DNA from: an uncultured SAR86 cluster bacterium
Lineage (GTDB): Bacteria > Pseudomonadota > Gammaproteobacteria > Magnimaribacterales > AG-339-G14
Assembly (NCBI GenBank): GCA_902560275.1
Contig: CACELJ010000001.1
Coordinates: forward strand, 74,009 to 138,008
DNA: 64,000 bases
Direction of reading: 5' to 3'
Under the pieces are notes generated by a model. It searched no databases. It saw only the letters and a list, made by a program, of their open reading frames with translations, and was not told the DNA's origin. A program made the position numbers and the translations under genes. Position 1 is the stretch's first letter, and each line of letters opens with the position of its first letter. Shown in pieces: positions 49,201-59,857 of the stretch.

Positions 49201-51554
49201 TGGAGTTCATTTCACTGACGATTCCTGCACTTTCCATCGTTTCTATTAATCTTGCTGCTCTGTTGTAACCTATTCTAAATTTTCTTTGGACAGCTGATAT
49301 AGATGCTCTTCTAGAATCTATAACAAATGCAACTGCTTGGTCATAAAACTCATCTTTCTCTTCATCGGATTCTCCATTTGCTCCTTCAGAGGATTCTGGA
49401 GACTTAGTGACTTCTTCTAAATAACTTACAGTTTGTCTGTTTTTCCAATCCTCCACTACTCTGATAATTTCTTCCTCGCCTACATACGCACCATGAACTC
49501 TTAAAGGAATAGATGTTCCTGAACCTATATAGAGCATATCTCCTTTTCCGAGCAGTTGTTCAGCACCTACTTGATCTAATACAACCCTTGAATCCATTGA
49601 AGAGGCAACATTAAAAGCCATCCTTGCGGAAATATTTGCCTTAATTAAACCGGTAATTACATCGACAGAGGGTCTTTGTGTTGCTAGAAGCATGTGAATA
49701 CCTGCTGCTCTGGCTTTTTGAGCAAGGCGTGCGATTAGATGTTCTACTTTTTTTCCAACTACCATCATTAGGTCAGCCAACTCATCGACTGCGATCACTA
49801 TTAAAGGAAGTTCTTCTAATTCAGGAGGATTGTCATCTTCTTTTTCTGGATTTCTTTTCCATAGAGGATCCGTTAAGGGCTCTCCATTCTCTCTAGCTTT
49901 TCTTATTTTTGAGTTTAGACCGTTTAAATTCCTTACAGAAAGTGATGCCATTAGTCGGTATCTTTTTTCCATTTCATTTACACACCATCTGAGACCATTT
50001 GCTGCTTCAGACATGTCGGTGATAACTGGACATAGTAAATGAGGCAAATCCTCGTAAACAGATAATTCAAGCATTTTAGGATCAATAAGAACGAATTTAA
50101 CTTGATCGGGAGTTGCTTTATAGAGGATGCTCATCAACATGGAATTTAAAGCAACTGACTTTCCGGAACCCGTTGTTCCCGCAACTAACATATGTGGAAG
50201 TCCAGCAAGATCTTCAACTACTGGAACGCCTTCAATGTTTTTACCGAAAGCCAAAGATACAGAGCTTTTTGCATCTTCGAATAATTTTGAAGCAATTATC
50301 TCGCTCAGCAAAACGTTCTCTCTTTCTGAATTAGGAACCTCAATACCAATGGTTTCCCTACCTTCTATTACTTCGACAATTCTTATGCTTCCAACGCCAA
50401 GAGATCTAGCTAAATCCTTATTCAAATTAGAAACTTGTGAAACCTTAATACCTTTGGGCAACTCTACTTCAAATCTTGTTACAACCGGTCCGCGCATAGT
50501 CTCTTTAACAACTGCGTATTCACCTTCGGGACCAGTAATCTTGAATTCGGCCAACTTGGTAATTAATGCCTCTTTTAAGATTTCAAGTTCATACTTCTCC
50601 TTTGATGATATTTCTTTTCCAATAGTCTCTTTTTCATCAAGTAATCCAATTTTGGGCATATCACCTGGTGCAGGATCCTTAAATAATTCCTGCTGTTTTT
50701 CTTTGTGAACTTTTTTCCCTTCTTCAACTTTTTTCTCTGCAGGAACAATTTTAGGTTCTGGCATTTCGTTTATCTTGGCTTTATGCTCATCCAGAAATTT
50801 TTGCCTACTATTTTTTTCTTTTCTTTTATCTAAAAAAGTTTGAATATTTACTCTAAGAGACAGTGAAGATTGTTTGATATAAAAAGAAGAGTTAACAATA
50901 AAGTCTAAAAAATTTGATATAAAATTTTTCCAATTTATCTTAAAAAATGCTGTGATCCCTAATAGAAATAAAAATATTACAAAGATAGTGGCGCCAACTT
51001 TATTTAAATACAAAATTAATGGAGAAGAAGTAATTTTTCCTAAAATTCCTTCAGAGCCTTGAGGAAAATAATTTTGTCCAAAATTGAAATGAATTGCTAC
51101 AAGAGCGCTCGAAGAAATAGCTATTAGCACTAAACCAAATGGCATGGCTATGAAGAATCTTATCCAAGAGGATTGAGTCACTATCTCTTTGGTCTCTTTG
51201 TTAAACAAATAAGCAAAAGCAACTAAATAAAATAATGAAGGAACTATCCAAGCTACAACACCAAAAAAAGAATAAAGAAGATCACTGATCCATGCTCCAA
51301 TCAATCCTATTGCATTCTGATACGAAGTTTCACCGACAATGTTTTGTGTTGTCCATGCTGCATCTTCTCTTGTAAACGAAGCCAGTGAGATTGTGCTTAT
51401 AATAGCTATTAAGAGTAAAAAAAGTATAAAAGCATCAATTAAGTAAGTTTTTATTGATGGGCTTAAAGATATAGAATTGAATCCGTTAAAAGATCTTTTA
51501 TTTAATTTGCGTTTGTTCACTAGTTTTTAGGTATTTTAACATTTTTAAAGATAG

Positions 51555-52496
<942 letters not shown>

Positions 52497-52519
52497 ATCT
52501 TCCTTATAGTCTTCACTTT

Positions 52520-53249
52520 ATGAATAAGTATAAATATTTAGAAACGAAACTTAAAAGCGGTGTTTTTTATATTGAGTTAACTCGAAAGAAGTCAATGAAT
52601 GCTCTTAACACAAAAACTCTTGATGAATTAAAAAAGGTCTTTTTAGAAGCTTCACAGAACAGCAAAATTAAAATCATAGTTCTTCATTCCAATGAAAATA
52701 ATTTTTCTGCTGGGGCAGATATAAAAGAAAAACCAAATATAAAAAATAACTTAGAAAGATGGCAAAAGAATTATGGCAAAGAATGCATAGAAGCCATTCT
52801 GTCTACTCCTCAAATAACTATCTGTGTCACTAATGGCTATACTTTAGGGGGGGGCTGCAGTAATTGCAACAGCTTGCGATTTCAGGATAGGTAACAAAGA
52901 TACAATTATTGGTTATCCAGAAATTGTCTTAGGGATGAATCTAAATTGGCTTGGACTACCTTTACTTCAAAATATTGTAGGATCCACAAAAACAAAAGAA
53001 ATGGTTATTTCTGGGCTAAATTATTCTACGGAGGATTTAAGTAAGTTTAATTTTTTTGATGATCTGTTTGATGAGGATGACAAAATTAAAATTATTAATA
53101 AATGGGTTAAGAAGTTTAAATCAAGGTCTCCATTAGCTTCTCAAATGATCAAAAAAAGTATGAATGTTCTCGCTTTCCATGATGCCCTTGCAATTATGCA
53201 TATGGATTACGATCAATTTTTATTGACTCAAAATTATTCAGACAGCTAA
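52520..53249 (+). pseudogene. Enoyl-CoA hydratase/isomerase (crotonase) family gene interrupted by a frameshift in a G8 run
   Basis: The two track ORFs (52520..52894 and 52935..53249) are the N- and C-terminal parts of one crotonase. Removing one G from the run at 52847..52854 gives ...GYTLGGAAVIATACDFRIGNKDTIIGYPEIVLGMNLNWLG..., which is the canonical oxyanion-hole region, and continues in frame to 53249. Confidence 0.7.
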
Positions 53250-54209
53250 TTTTGTTTTCATGGTTTGATATTCTTCTACCATCTGATCAACCACCTCTTT
53301 AACAGGAGGGGCATTTTTGATCGTTCCAATACCTTGGCCAGAACCCCATATGTCTTTCCAGGCTTTGGAAGAGTTATCTTTCATAGCTGAGCCAGATGAA
53401 CCGAAATTCATATCATCTTTTCCAGAAACTGGAAGATTGTCTGGATCTAATCCAGCTTTGACAACACTAGGCTTTAAGTAATTACCGTGAACTCCTGTAA
53501 AGGTTGAAGAGTACATAATATCGTTAGCAGCACTTTCAACAATCATTTGTTTATAGCCTTCTGAAGCATTTGCTTCCTCTGTAGCAATAAATCTTGTTCC
53601 AACGTAAGCAAAATCTGCACCCATAGCTTGAGCTGATAATACTGAGGATCCTTGAGATATTGATCCTGATAATGCAATGGGCCCATCAAAAAATTCTCTT
53701 ACTTCACTTACCAAAGCAAATGGACTTAATGTACCAGCATGCCCTCCAGCACCTGCACAGACTAAAATTAATCCATCAGCTCCCTCATCAATTGCCTTTT
53801 TAGCGTGTCTGATATTTATTACATCATGCATAACTACTCCGCCGTAACTATGAACGGCATCCACAACGAATTTTGGTGCTCTTAAGCTTGTAATTATCAT
53901 TGGAACTTTATACTCAACACAGACTTCAACATCATGTTCTAATCTGTCATTAGACTTATGGCAGATTTGATTTACTGCAAAAGGAGCTGCTGGTGAATCA
54001 GGGTTATCTTTGGTATGTTGTTCTAGTTCTGCAGATATCCTCTGAAACCATTTCTCTAATTCTTCAGCAGGTCTAGCATTTAAAGCAGGAAAACTTCCTA
54101 CAATACCTGCTTTGCATTGCGCAATTACAAGTTCTGGATAAGAAACCGTAAACAAAGGCGCTCCTATGACTGGTATTCTTAAATCTTTTAATAATTCTTT
54201 AACTTCCAT
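53238..54209 (-). CDS. Nitronate monooxygenase / 2-nitropropane dioxygenase family FMN oxidoreductase
   Basis: 323 aa. NMO TIM-barrel motifs are IGAPLF, GAGGHAG and GTRFIATEE. Its 3' end overlaps the crotonase 3' end convergently by 12 nt. Confidence 0.8.
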   Translation of the reverse strand: MEVKELLKDLRIPVIGAPLFTVSYPELVIAQCKAGIVGSFPALNARPAEELEKWFQRISAELEQHTKDNPDSPAAPFAVNQICHKSNDRLEHDVEVCVEYKVPMIITSLRAPKFVVDAVHSYGGVVMHDVINIRHAKKAIDEGADGLILVCAGAGGHAGTLSPFALVSEVREFFDGPIALSGSISQGSSVLSAQAMGADFAYVGTRFIATEEANASEGYKQMIVESAANDIMYSSTFTGVHGNYLKPSVVKAGLDPDNLPVSGKDDMNFGSSGSAMKDNSSKAWKDIWGSGQGIGTIKNAPPVKEVVDQMVEEYQTMKTKLAV

Positions 54210-54227
54210 TAACTTACTCCTTTAGAT

Positions 54228-54350
54228 TTATTGAGATGAAACATAAAGAACAATCGCTGCTGTTACAGCTAAAATGACAACTACAGATACGATTGCATCA
54301 AATTTGCTATCTTCTTTATCAGTTTTCTTCTCATAAAATTCATCGTTCAT
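54228..54350 (-). CDS. Possible 40-aa single-pass membrane peptide
   Basis: Minus-strand ORF MNDEFYEKKTDKEDSKFDAIVSVVVILAVTAAIVLYVSSQ. It starts 4 nt after the upstream stop and ends 18 nt before the next gene's ATG. There is no other support. Confidence 0.3.
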   Translation of the reverse strand: MNDEFYEKKTDKEDSKFDAIVSVVVILAVTAAIVLYVSSQ

Positions 54351-54353
54351 AAT

Positions 54354-55361
54354 TTACCCTAAATTAACTCTAATTCTTCCAACCTGATTACCTTTTAAAA
54401 TCTTTTCAACTTCGTCTGATAAAGATTCAAGAAAGACCTCTTTTGTGATTTTTTCTAAATCTATCTTCCAGTCATTAGAAAAATTATTCCAAATTTCTTT
54501 TTTTACTTCTAATAAAGATTCAGCTGAATCAATGCCTATCAAAGTAACTCCTCTAAGAATAAAAGGAAAAATACTTGTTTCCAGTTTATCGCTTGCAACA
54601 TTACCGCAGCAAGTTATCGCTCCTCTTTGAGAGGTTTGGCTAATGAAATTTGATAAAATGTTTCCTCCTACTGTATCGACCCCGCCTTGATAAATCCCTT
54701 TTTGAAGTGGTTTCCCTTGTTCTTCCATTTGGCTTCTTATAATTACCGAGGATGCACCCAATGACTCTAAATAATCAACTTGATCTTGTTTTCCAGTTAG
54801 TGCGACAACATTAAAACCTAATTTTGATAAAACCATGACAGCAACTGAACCAACCCCTCCAGAAGCTCCAGTGACCAGAACATCTCCAGAATCTGGAGTT
54901 AAGTCATTCTGAAGTAATTTTCTGACACATAAGCCTGCAGTTAGACCTGCTGTTCCAATAGACATTGCTTCAGCTTCGCTTAATTCATTGGGAAGAGATA
55001 TAGCCCAAGTAGCTGGAATTGAAATATATTGACCAAAGCCGCCATATGTATTCATGCCAAGGTCATAACCAGTAACAATAATCTTATCTCCGTCTTTGAA
55101 ATCAGATGAATTACTTTTAACAACTTCACCAACGGCATCTATTCCTGGAGTATGAGGATAGGTTCTTGTAACACCTTTGTTGCCTGATGCGGAAAGAGCA
55201 TCTTTATAATTTAAAGATGAATAAGATACTTTAACAAGCAAATCATTTTCCTCAAGATCCTCAATAGATAGACTTTCTATTGAATTGCTAAAACCAGATT
55301 CTGACTCTTGAGTAAAAAAAGCTTTGTACTTTATATCTTCCATGAAGGAAGTATTAAACAT
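54354..55361 (-). CDS. YhdH/AcuI-type quinone oxidoreductase (acrylyl-CoA reductase family, MDR)
   Basis: It aligns by eye along its length with E. coli YhdH: SSLNYKDALS, PGID..GEV, GTAG(L)TA, VTGASGGVGS and DTVGG. The true start may be an internal Met. Confidence 0.8.
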   Translation of the reverse strand: MFNTSFMEDIKYKAFFTQESESGFSNSIESLSIEDLEENDLLVKVSYSSLNYKDALSASGNKGVTRTYPHTPGIDAVGEVVKSNSSDFKDGDKIIVTGYDLGMNTYGGFGQYISIPATWAISLPNELSEAEAMSIGTAGLTAGLCVRKLLQNDLTPDSGDVLVTGASGGVGSVAVMVLSKLGFNVVALTGKQDQVDYLESLGASSVIIRSQMEEQGKPLQKGIYQGGVDTVGGNILSNFISQTSQRGAITCCGNVASDKLETSIFPFILRGVTLIGIDSAESLLEVKKEIWNNFSNDWKIDLEKITKEVFLESLSDEVEKILKGNQVGRIRVNLG

Positions 55362-55559
55362 GAATAAATGATTTTTTTAAAGAGAACAAAATATAAAATT
55401 TAAGGTTGTTGACATACTAGTAAAAAATGTATGTATTTGGAGCATTTTTTATACAAAAATGTTTCAAAAGTGTATGATGCGCCTTATAAATGCTTACAAA
55501 TAGTGCACTCAAGTGAATATTTATAGTGTTTAATGGTTTTTTCTCTTAAAGGAGCTTAT

Positions 55560-56198
55560 ATGAAAAATTTACAAACGTTTGTTATAGCCCTTCCTTTGCT
55601 AATAGTCTCATCACTAGCAAGTGCTGTTTCTGTTTCTGGAAACATAGCACTTACTTCAGATTATATCTGGAGAGGTATGACTCAAAGCGCGGGCGGTCCT
55701 GCTGTAGCTGGTGGATTTGATCTATCAACTGATAGCGGATTTTACATCGGAACTTGGGGATCAAGTGTTCAATTTTCTGATGGTGAAGCTGTTGATACAA
55801 CTGAACTAGAATTGGACGTTTACCTCGGATACAGCACAGACATTGCTGACAACATCTCTTTAGATGTTGGATACATCACTTACACTTACCCTGGTGCTAC
55901 AGATGCTAATTTTGATGAAGCTTACATAGGTTTTGATATCTATGGCTTTGGAATTAGTTACGCTGCTGGTATTGATGGTGCTGCTGATTATGTATCAGTA
56001 GGTTATGGAATTGATGCTGGACCAGGTAGTTTCTCAATTGCTTATGGTGATTACGAAGACACTAGTAACGACTTCCTTATTGGATATGACTGGGGTGTTG
56101 GCGGCGATTTTGGTATCGGTGTTTACTACTATGATCTAGAAATGGAAGATGGAGCTGGTGACAGTGGAGTAACTTTAACAATCAGTTACGCGCCGTAA
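55560..56198 (+). CDS. Outer-membrane beta-barrel protein, TorF-family putative porin
   Basis: The ATG at 55560 is preceded by AGGAG. It has a signal peptide (ending SLASA). The motif SDYIWRGMTQS is typical of the TorF/Gcw_chp family. The barrel is Gly/Tyr/Asp-rich with alternating strands. Confidence 0.6.
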   Translation: MKNLQTFVIALPLLIVSSLASAVSVSGNIALTSDYIWRGMTQSAGGPAVAGGFDLSTDSGFYIGTWGSSVQFSDGEAVDTTELELDVYLGYSTDIADNISLDVGYITYTYPGATDANFDEAYIGFDIYGFGISYAAGIDGAADYVSVGYGIDAGPGSFSIAYGDYEDTSNDFLIGYDWGVGGDFGIGVYYYDLEMEDGAGDSGVTLTISYAP

Positions 56199-56220
56199 TC
56201 AAAAATATCTTTTTTAAAAA

Positions 56221-56240
56221 ACCCTCTTTTTCAAGAGGGT
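56221..56240. terminator. Bidirectional intrinsic terminator
   Basis: ACCCTCTT-TTTC-AAGAGGGT forms an 8-bp stem flanked by A5 upstream and T7 downstream. It sits between the convergent porin gene (stop 56198) and the carboxyltransferase gene (stop 56245..56247). Confidence 0.7.
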
Positions 56241-56244
56241 TTTT

Positions 56245-57654
56245 TTATTCTCTAATAACAAATCCAATCTCCTCCTGAAGTTGTTCTAAATCTGTTTCTT
56301 TTATCGAACCTTTCTTAAGAAAAAAGTCTTCAACGACATTTGGAAAAAATATATAACTTAAAACATTTTCTAATCTTTGCGAAAAATCCTTTATTTTATT
56401 TTCTTTGCAAAAAGATTTTAATCTTGATTTAGCAGAATCTAAATCTTCTTGAATGTATTCATCTGGCTTAATTTTTTTTGCAAGTTCGGAAAGATTCTTA
56501 TTAATTTTTCCAGGAACCTTTCCATATTTTCCTAGAATTAAATTTACTGTTTCAATATTAAGATGTTTATATCTTTCTTCATCGAGAACATTAAATAAAG
56601 CTTGAGCTCCTACTATTTGGGAACTGGGGGTAACCAAAGGTACAAATCCTAGGTCTTGTCTAACTCTTGGAATTTCGCTTAATACCTCTTCAAATTTATC
56701 ATCAGCATCCATCTCTCTTAATTGTGACTCTAAATTTGAGAGCATGCCTCCAGGGACTTGATTGATTAACATGCTCGCATCAACGCCTTTCAACGATCCT
56801 TCATATAATTCATATTTTTTTCTAATTTTTTTAAAATGCGAAGATAATTCAGGAAATAAATCTTTATCTATATCAGCGAAAAACTTTGTATCATCAAACA
56901 TGGAAACAATAGTTTCCGTAGCTGTATGTCCATATGTCATACTCATAGAGGAAATAGAAGTATCAATGTTATCAATGCCGGCTTCTATGGCTTTCATATT
57001 TGTTGCGGTTGAAAATCCCGTTGTTGCATGTGTTTGCATATGTATGGGGATAGATATATTTTCTTTTAGTTTGGAAACTAACTCAAATGCAGCGTTTGGT
57101 TTTAACAACCCTGCCATATCCTTAATTGCCACAGAATCCGCACCAGCATCTTCAATTTGTTTAGCTAAATCTAACCAACTTTTCAACGTATGCACTGGCG
57201 ACACCGTATAGGCCATTGCTCCTTGAGCATGCTTACCATTTTTTTTAACTTCCTTAATGGTTAATTCAATATTTGAAAAATCATTCAGTGCATCAAATGT
57301 TCTAAAAACATCAATACCATTCAAAGAAGCTTTCTCAACGAATGCTTTAACTACTTCATTAGAATACGGTTTATAGCCAACAAGATTTTTACCTCTTATG
57401 AGCATTTGAAGTTTTGTTTTTTTGAAAATTTTCTTGAGTTCCCTGAGTCTATGCCACGGGTCTTCATTTAAATATCTCAAACAAGAATCGTATGTCGCCC
57501 CACCCCACATTTCGATAGACCAATAACCAACTTGATCCATTTTTTTTGCAACCTCGAGCATATCATCGAGTCTCATTCTAGTTGCAATTAACGACTGCTG
57601 ACCATCTCTTAAAACAAGCTCTGTTAAACCAACTTTTCTTTTGTTTTTATTCAA
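56245..57654 (-). CDS. Oxaloacetate decarboxylase alpha / transcarboxylase 5S-like carboxyltransferase, without a biotinyl domain
   Basis: 469 aa. HMGL-like TIM-barrel motifs are LRDGQQS and (H)MQTHATTG, followed by a PYC_OADA-type domain. No A/E-MKM biotinylation motif occurs anywhere in the ORF. Confidence 0.8.
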   Translation of the reverse strand: MNKNKRKVGLTELVLRDGQQSLIATRMRLDDMLEVAKKMDQVGYWSIEMWGGATYDSCLRYLNEDPWHRLRELKKIFKKTKLQMLIRGKNLVGYKPYSNEVVKAFVEKASLNGIDVFRTFDALNDFSNIELTIKEVKKNGKHAQGAMAYTVSPVHTLKSWLDLAKQIEDAGADSVAIKDMAGLLKPNAAFELVSKLKENISIPIHMQTHATTGFSTATNMKAIEAGIDNIDTSISSMSMTYGHTATETIVSMFDDTKFFADIDKDLFPELSSHFKKIRKKYELYEGSLKGVDASMLINQVPGGMLSNLESQLREMDADDKFEEVLSEIPRVRQDLGFVPLVTPSSQIVGAQALFNVLDEERYKHLNIETVNLILGKYGKVPGKINKNLSELAKKIKPDEYIQEDLDSAKSRLKSFCKENKIKDFSQRLENVLSYIFFPNVVEDFFLKKGSIKETDLEQLQEEIGFVIRE

Positions 57655-57689
57655 GGCAAAAAATGCTAATTTTTAAATTATATATAAAA

Positions 57690-58418
57690 ATGCACCCTTT
57701 TTTCAGTACATCATTTCAGCCTTTTGTTCATAGAGGTAATTCTGTCAACTTTACTGAAAATACCTTAGAAGCTTTTCAAGATGCCGTTAGTCTAGGCTAT
57801 GAGCATATCGAAACTGATTTAAGAATGACCAAAGATGGAGAAGTTGTGACATTTCATGATGAAAGCATTTATAGAGTCTCAGGAGAACATAAAAATATAA
57901 GCGATCTTACTTATGAAGAGTTAAAAAATATTCCTCTTAAAAAAGGCGGTCATATTCCAAGATTAAGTGAAGTAATGGAGCAATTTCCTGAAACTAAGTT
58001 TAATGTAGATCTAAAAATTAACGGTCTTGTCAATAAAGTCGCAAAAATCATTGATAGTCATAATGCTTATGACAGAATATGCATTGCTTCATTTGACACA
58101 AAAAGATTAAGAGCATTTAAAAAGATAAGAAATCAAGCATGCATTTCAATGGGGATTCTAGATGTTATCTTTTTAAAATTATTTAAATACCTAATTAGTA
58201 CAGTTGACTGTATCCAAATACCTCTTCATTGGAAAGGGATTAAGGTTCTAAATAATAATTTAATTAAAACTGCTCACTTAAAAGGTCTTAAAGTTCATGT
58301 TTGGACTATCAATTCTCAAGAAACAATGGAGTCTTTAATTAATATGAATGTTGATGGAATAATGACTGATGATGCTGTACTACTTAAAAAAGTATGCTCA
58401 AAAGCAAATTTATTTTGA
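57690..58418 (+). CDS. Glycerophosphodiester phosphodiesterase family protein
   Basis: Starts at MHPFFSTSFQPFVHRGNS. GDPD motifs are HRG, ENT..AF, E.D....DG..V..HD and VWT(I)N. The track ORF start (57582) overlaps the divergent gene. Confidence 0.8.
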   Translation: MHPFFSTSFQPFVHRGNSVNFTENTLEAFQDAVSLGYEHIETDLRMTKDGEVVTFHDESIYRVSGEHKNISDLTYEELKNIPLKKGGHIPRLSEVMEQFPETKFNVDLKINGLVNKVAKIIDSHNAYDRICIASFDTKRLRAFKKIRNQACISMGILDVIFLKLFKYLISTVDCIQIPLHWKGIKVLNNNLIKTAHLKGLKVHVWTINSQETMESLINMNVDGIMTDDAVLLKKVCSKANLF

Positions 58419-59669
58419 TTTCGGTACAAGCAATAAAACAATCAGTCCAGGTATAAATAGAGCAAGAAGACTGAAAATTCCATTTCTTGGGTCTCCGGTC
58501 AAGTAAGCAACCCATCCAACCAAGGCAGGTCCGAAAACAACAGCACTTTTTCCTACGAAATTGTAAAAACCAAAAAACTCTGCAACTTTATCAGGTGGAA
58601 CCATTTTGCTGAATATTGCCCTACTAACAGACTGAACTCCGCCCTGAACTAAACCAATTGCGACTGCTAAAGTATAAAAATCTCTAGCTGTTTCCATAAA
58701 GTAAGAATTGATAGTGATCAATATGTAGGCAACAATGCCAACAGCCAGAAATAAAAATTGTCCGTAACGTTCTGCAAGATATCCATAAATTATTGCAGAA
58801 GGGAAAGCAATAAATTGAACTACTATTAGGGCAGTAATCATTGTTGAAGCTTCTAAACCAATATCTGATCCGTAAGCAACAGACATTCGAGTAATCGTAT
58901 CTACTCCGTCAATATACAACCAGTAAGCGATTAGAAAAATTGTAATATTTTTATACTTTGAAATATTGGAAATTGTATTGACGAGTTCCTTAAAAGAAGA
59001 GGTTATTAAATGATCCGGTTTGATAGATGGTTTTTGTTCTTGAACATTAGTAAAAAGAGGTATTGTAAAAATAAACCACCATATAGATACGGTAAGGAAA
59101 CTTACCAATATTGCTTGAACTTCATTTTCAAATCCAAACCAAGAAGGATACAAATAAAATAAAACATTAAATACAAAGAGTATTCCTCCGCCTAAGTAAC
59201 CTAAGCCATAACCAAAACCTGAAACAATGTTTCTATTATTCTCGTCGCTTACGTCAACAATCAGTGAATCATAAAAAATATTAGATCCTGATGCTCCTAG
59301 CAGTGAAATTCCAAATAAAATTGAAGCAACAATCCAATAACCACTTGGTATGAAGAAGAAAGAACCTGTTGCAATTATTCCCAAGAGAGCAAAGAAAACT
59401 AGAAAGTTTTTTTTTGCCCCTGCCTTATCTGCAATTGTTCCTAGAATTGGGGCCATCAAAACGATACAAAATCCTGCAATTGAATTCGTACTTCCTAGGA
59501 CTGCTGAGCTTGAAGGTCCATCAAGTTCTGATGCCCAATATGATTTAAAAAAAATCGGAAAGAAACCTGCTACAACTGTTGTCCAGAAAGCGCTATTAGC
59601 CCAATCATATAATGCCCATGAAAATCTTTCTTTATTTAATAAGTATCTCAACATAAAATGGGCTTTCAA
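58410..59669 (-). CDS. MFS transporter (UMF1/Atg22-like subfamily)
   Basis: 419 aa with about 12 helices. The N-terminus SWALYDWANSAF is typical of the UMF1 family. Confidence 0.7.
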   Translation of the reverse strand: MKAHFMLRYLLNKERFSWALYDWANSAFWTTVVAGFFPIFFKSYWASELDGPSSSAVLGSTNSIAGFCIVLMAPILGTIADKAGAKKNFLVFFALLGIIATGSFFFIPSGYWIVASILFGISLLGASGSNIFYDSLIVDVSDENNRNIVSGFGYGLGYLGGGILFVFNVLFYLYPSWFGFENEVQAILVSFLTVSIWWFIFTIPLFTNVQEQKPSIKPDHLITSSFKELVNTISNISKYKNITIFLIAYWLYIDGVDTITRMSVAYGSDIGLEASTMITALIVVQFIAFPSAIIYGYLAERYGQFLFLAVGIVAYILITINSYFMETARDFYTLAVAIGLVQGGVQSVSRAIFSKMVPPDKVAEFFGFYNFVGKSAVVFGPALVGWVAYLTGDPRNGIFSLLALFIPGLIVLLLVPKSK

Positions 59670-59689
59670 AAAATCTGTCGAGAATTAGT

Positions 59690-59824
59690 ATGTCACAAAA
59701 TATGAAAGACTCTGAAATAGTAAGAAATTTAGTTGTTTTCTTTGGTTTAATTGCCATCTTGGGAATCCTTTCAGGGATACTTGGTCTCTATATTCAAAAT
59801 TCTGAATTCAGGGAAAATGTTGAA
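59690..59824 (+). CDS. Possible 44-aa single-pass membrane peptide
   Basis: ORF MSQNMKDSEIVRNLVVFFGLIAILGILSGILGLYIQNSEFRENV, in an otherwise empty 188-bp gap. There is no other support. Confidence 0.3.
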
Positions 59825-59857
59825 GCAGAATATCGAGAGAATTTAGATAAAAAATAA

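Noticed and set aside
50127-50708. 193-aa plus-strand ORF, and the other antisense track ORFs inside ftsK (49678..49896, 49830..50042, 50113..50334)
   Set aside because: They are entirely antisense to the well-supported FtsK motor domain. The products are low-complexity (Ser/Pro/Leu-rich). Such shadow ORFs are typical opposite a real gene.
52520-53249. Treating the 124-aa and 104-aa ORFs as two independent small genes
   Set aside because: Together they reconstruct a single crotonase fold, with the break exactly at a G8 run. The 104-aa piece lacks a sensible start context, because its first Met lies in the middle of the conserved GYPEIVLGMN segment.
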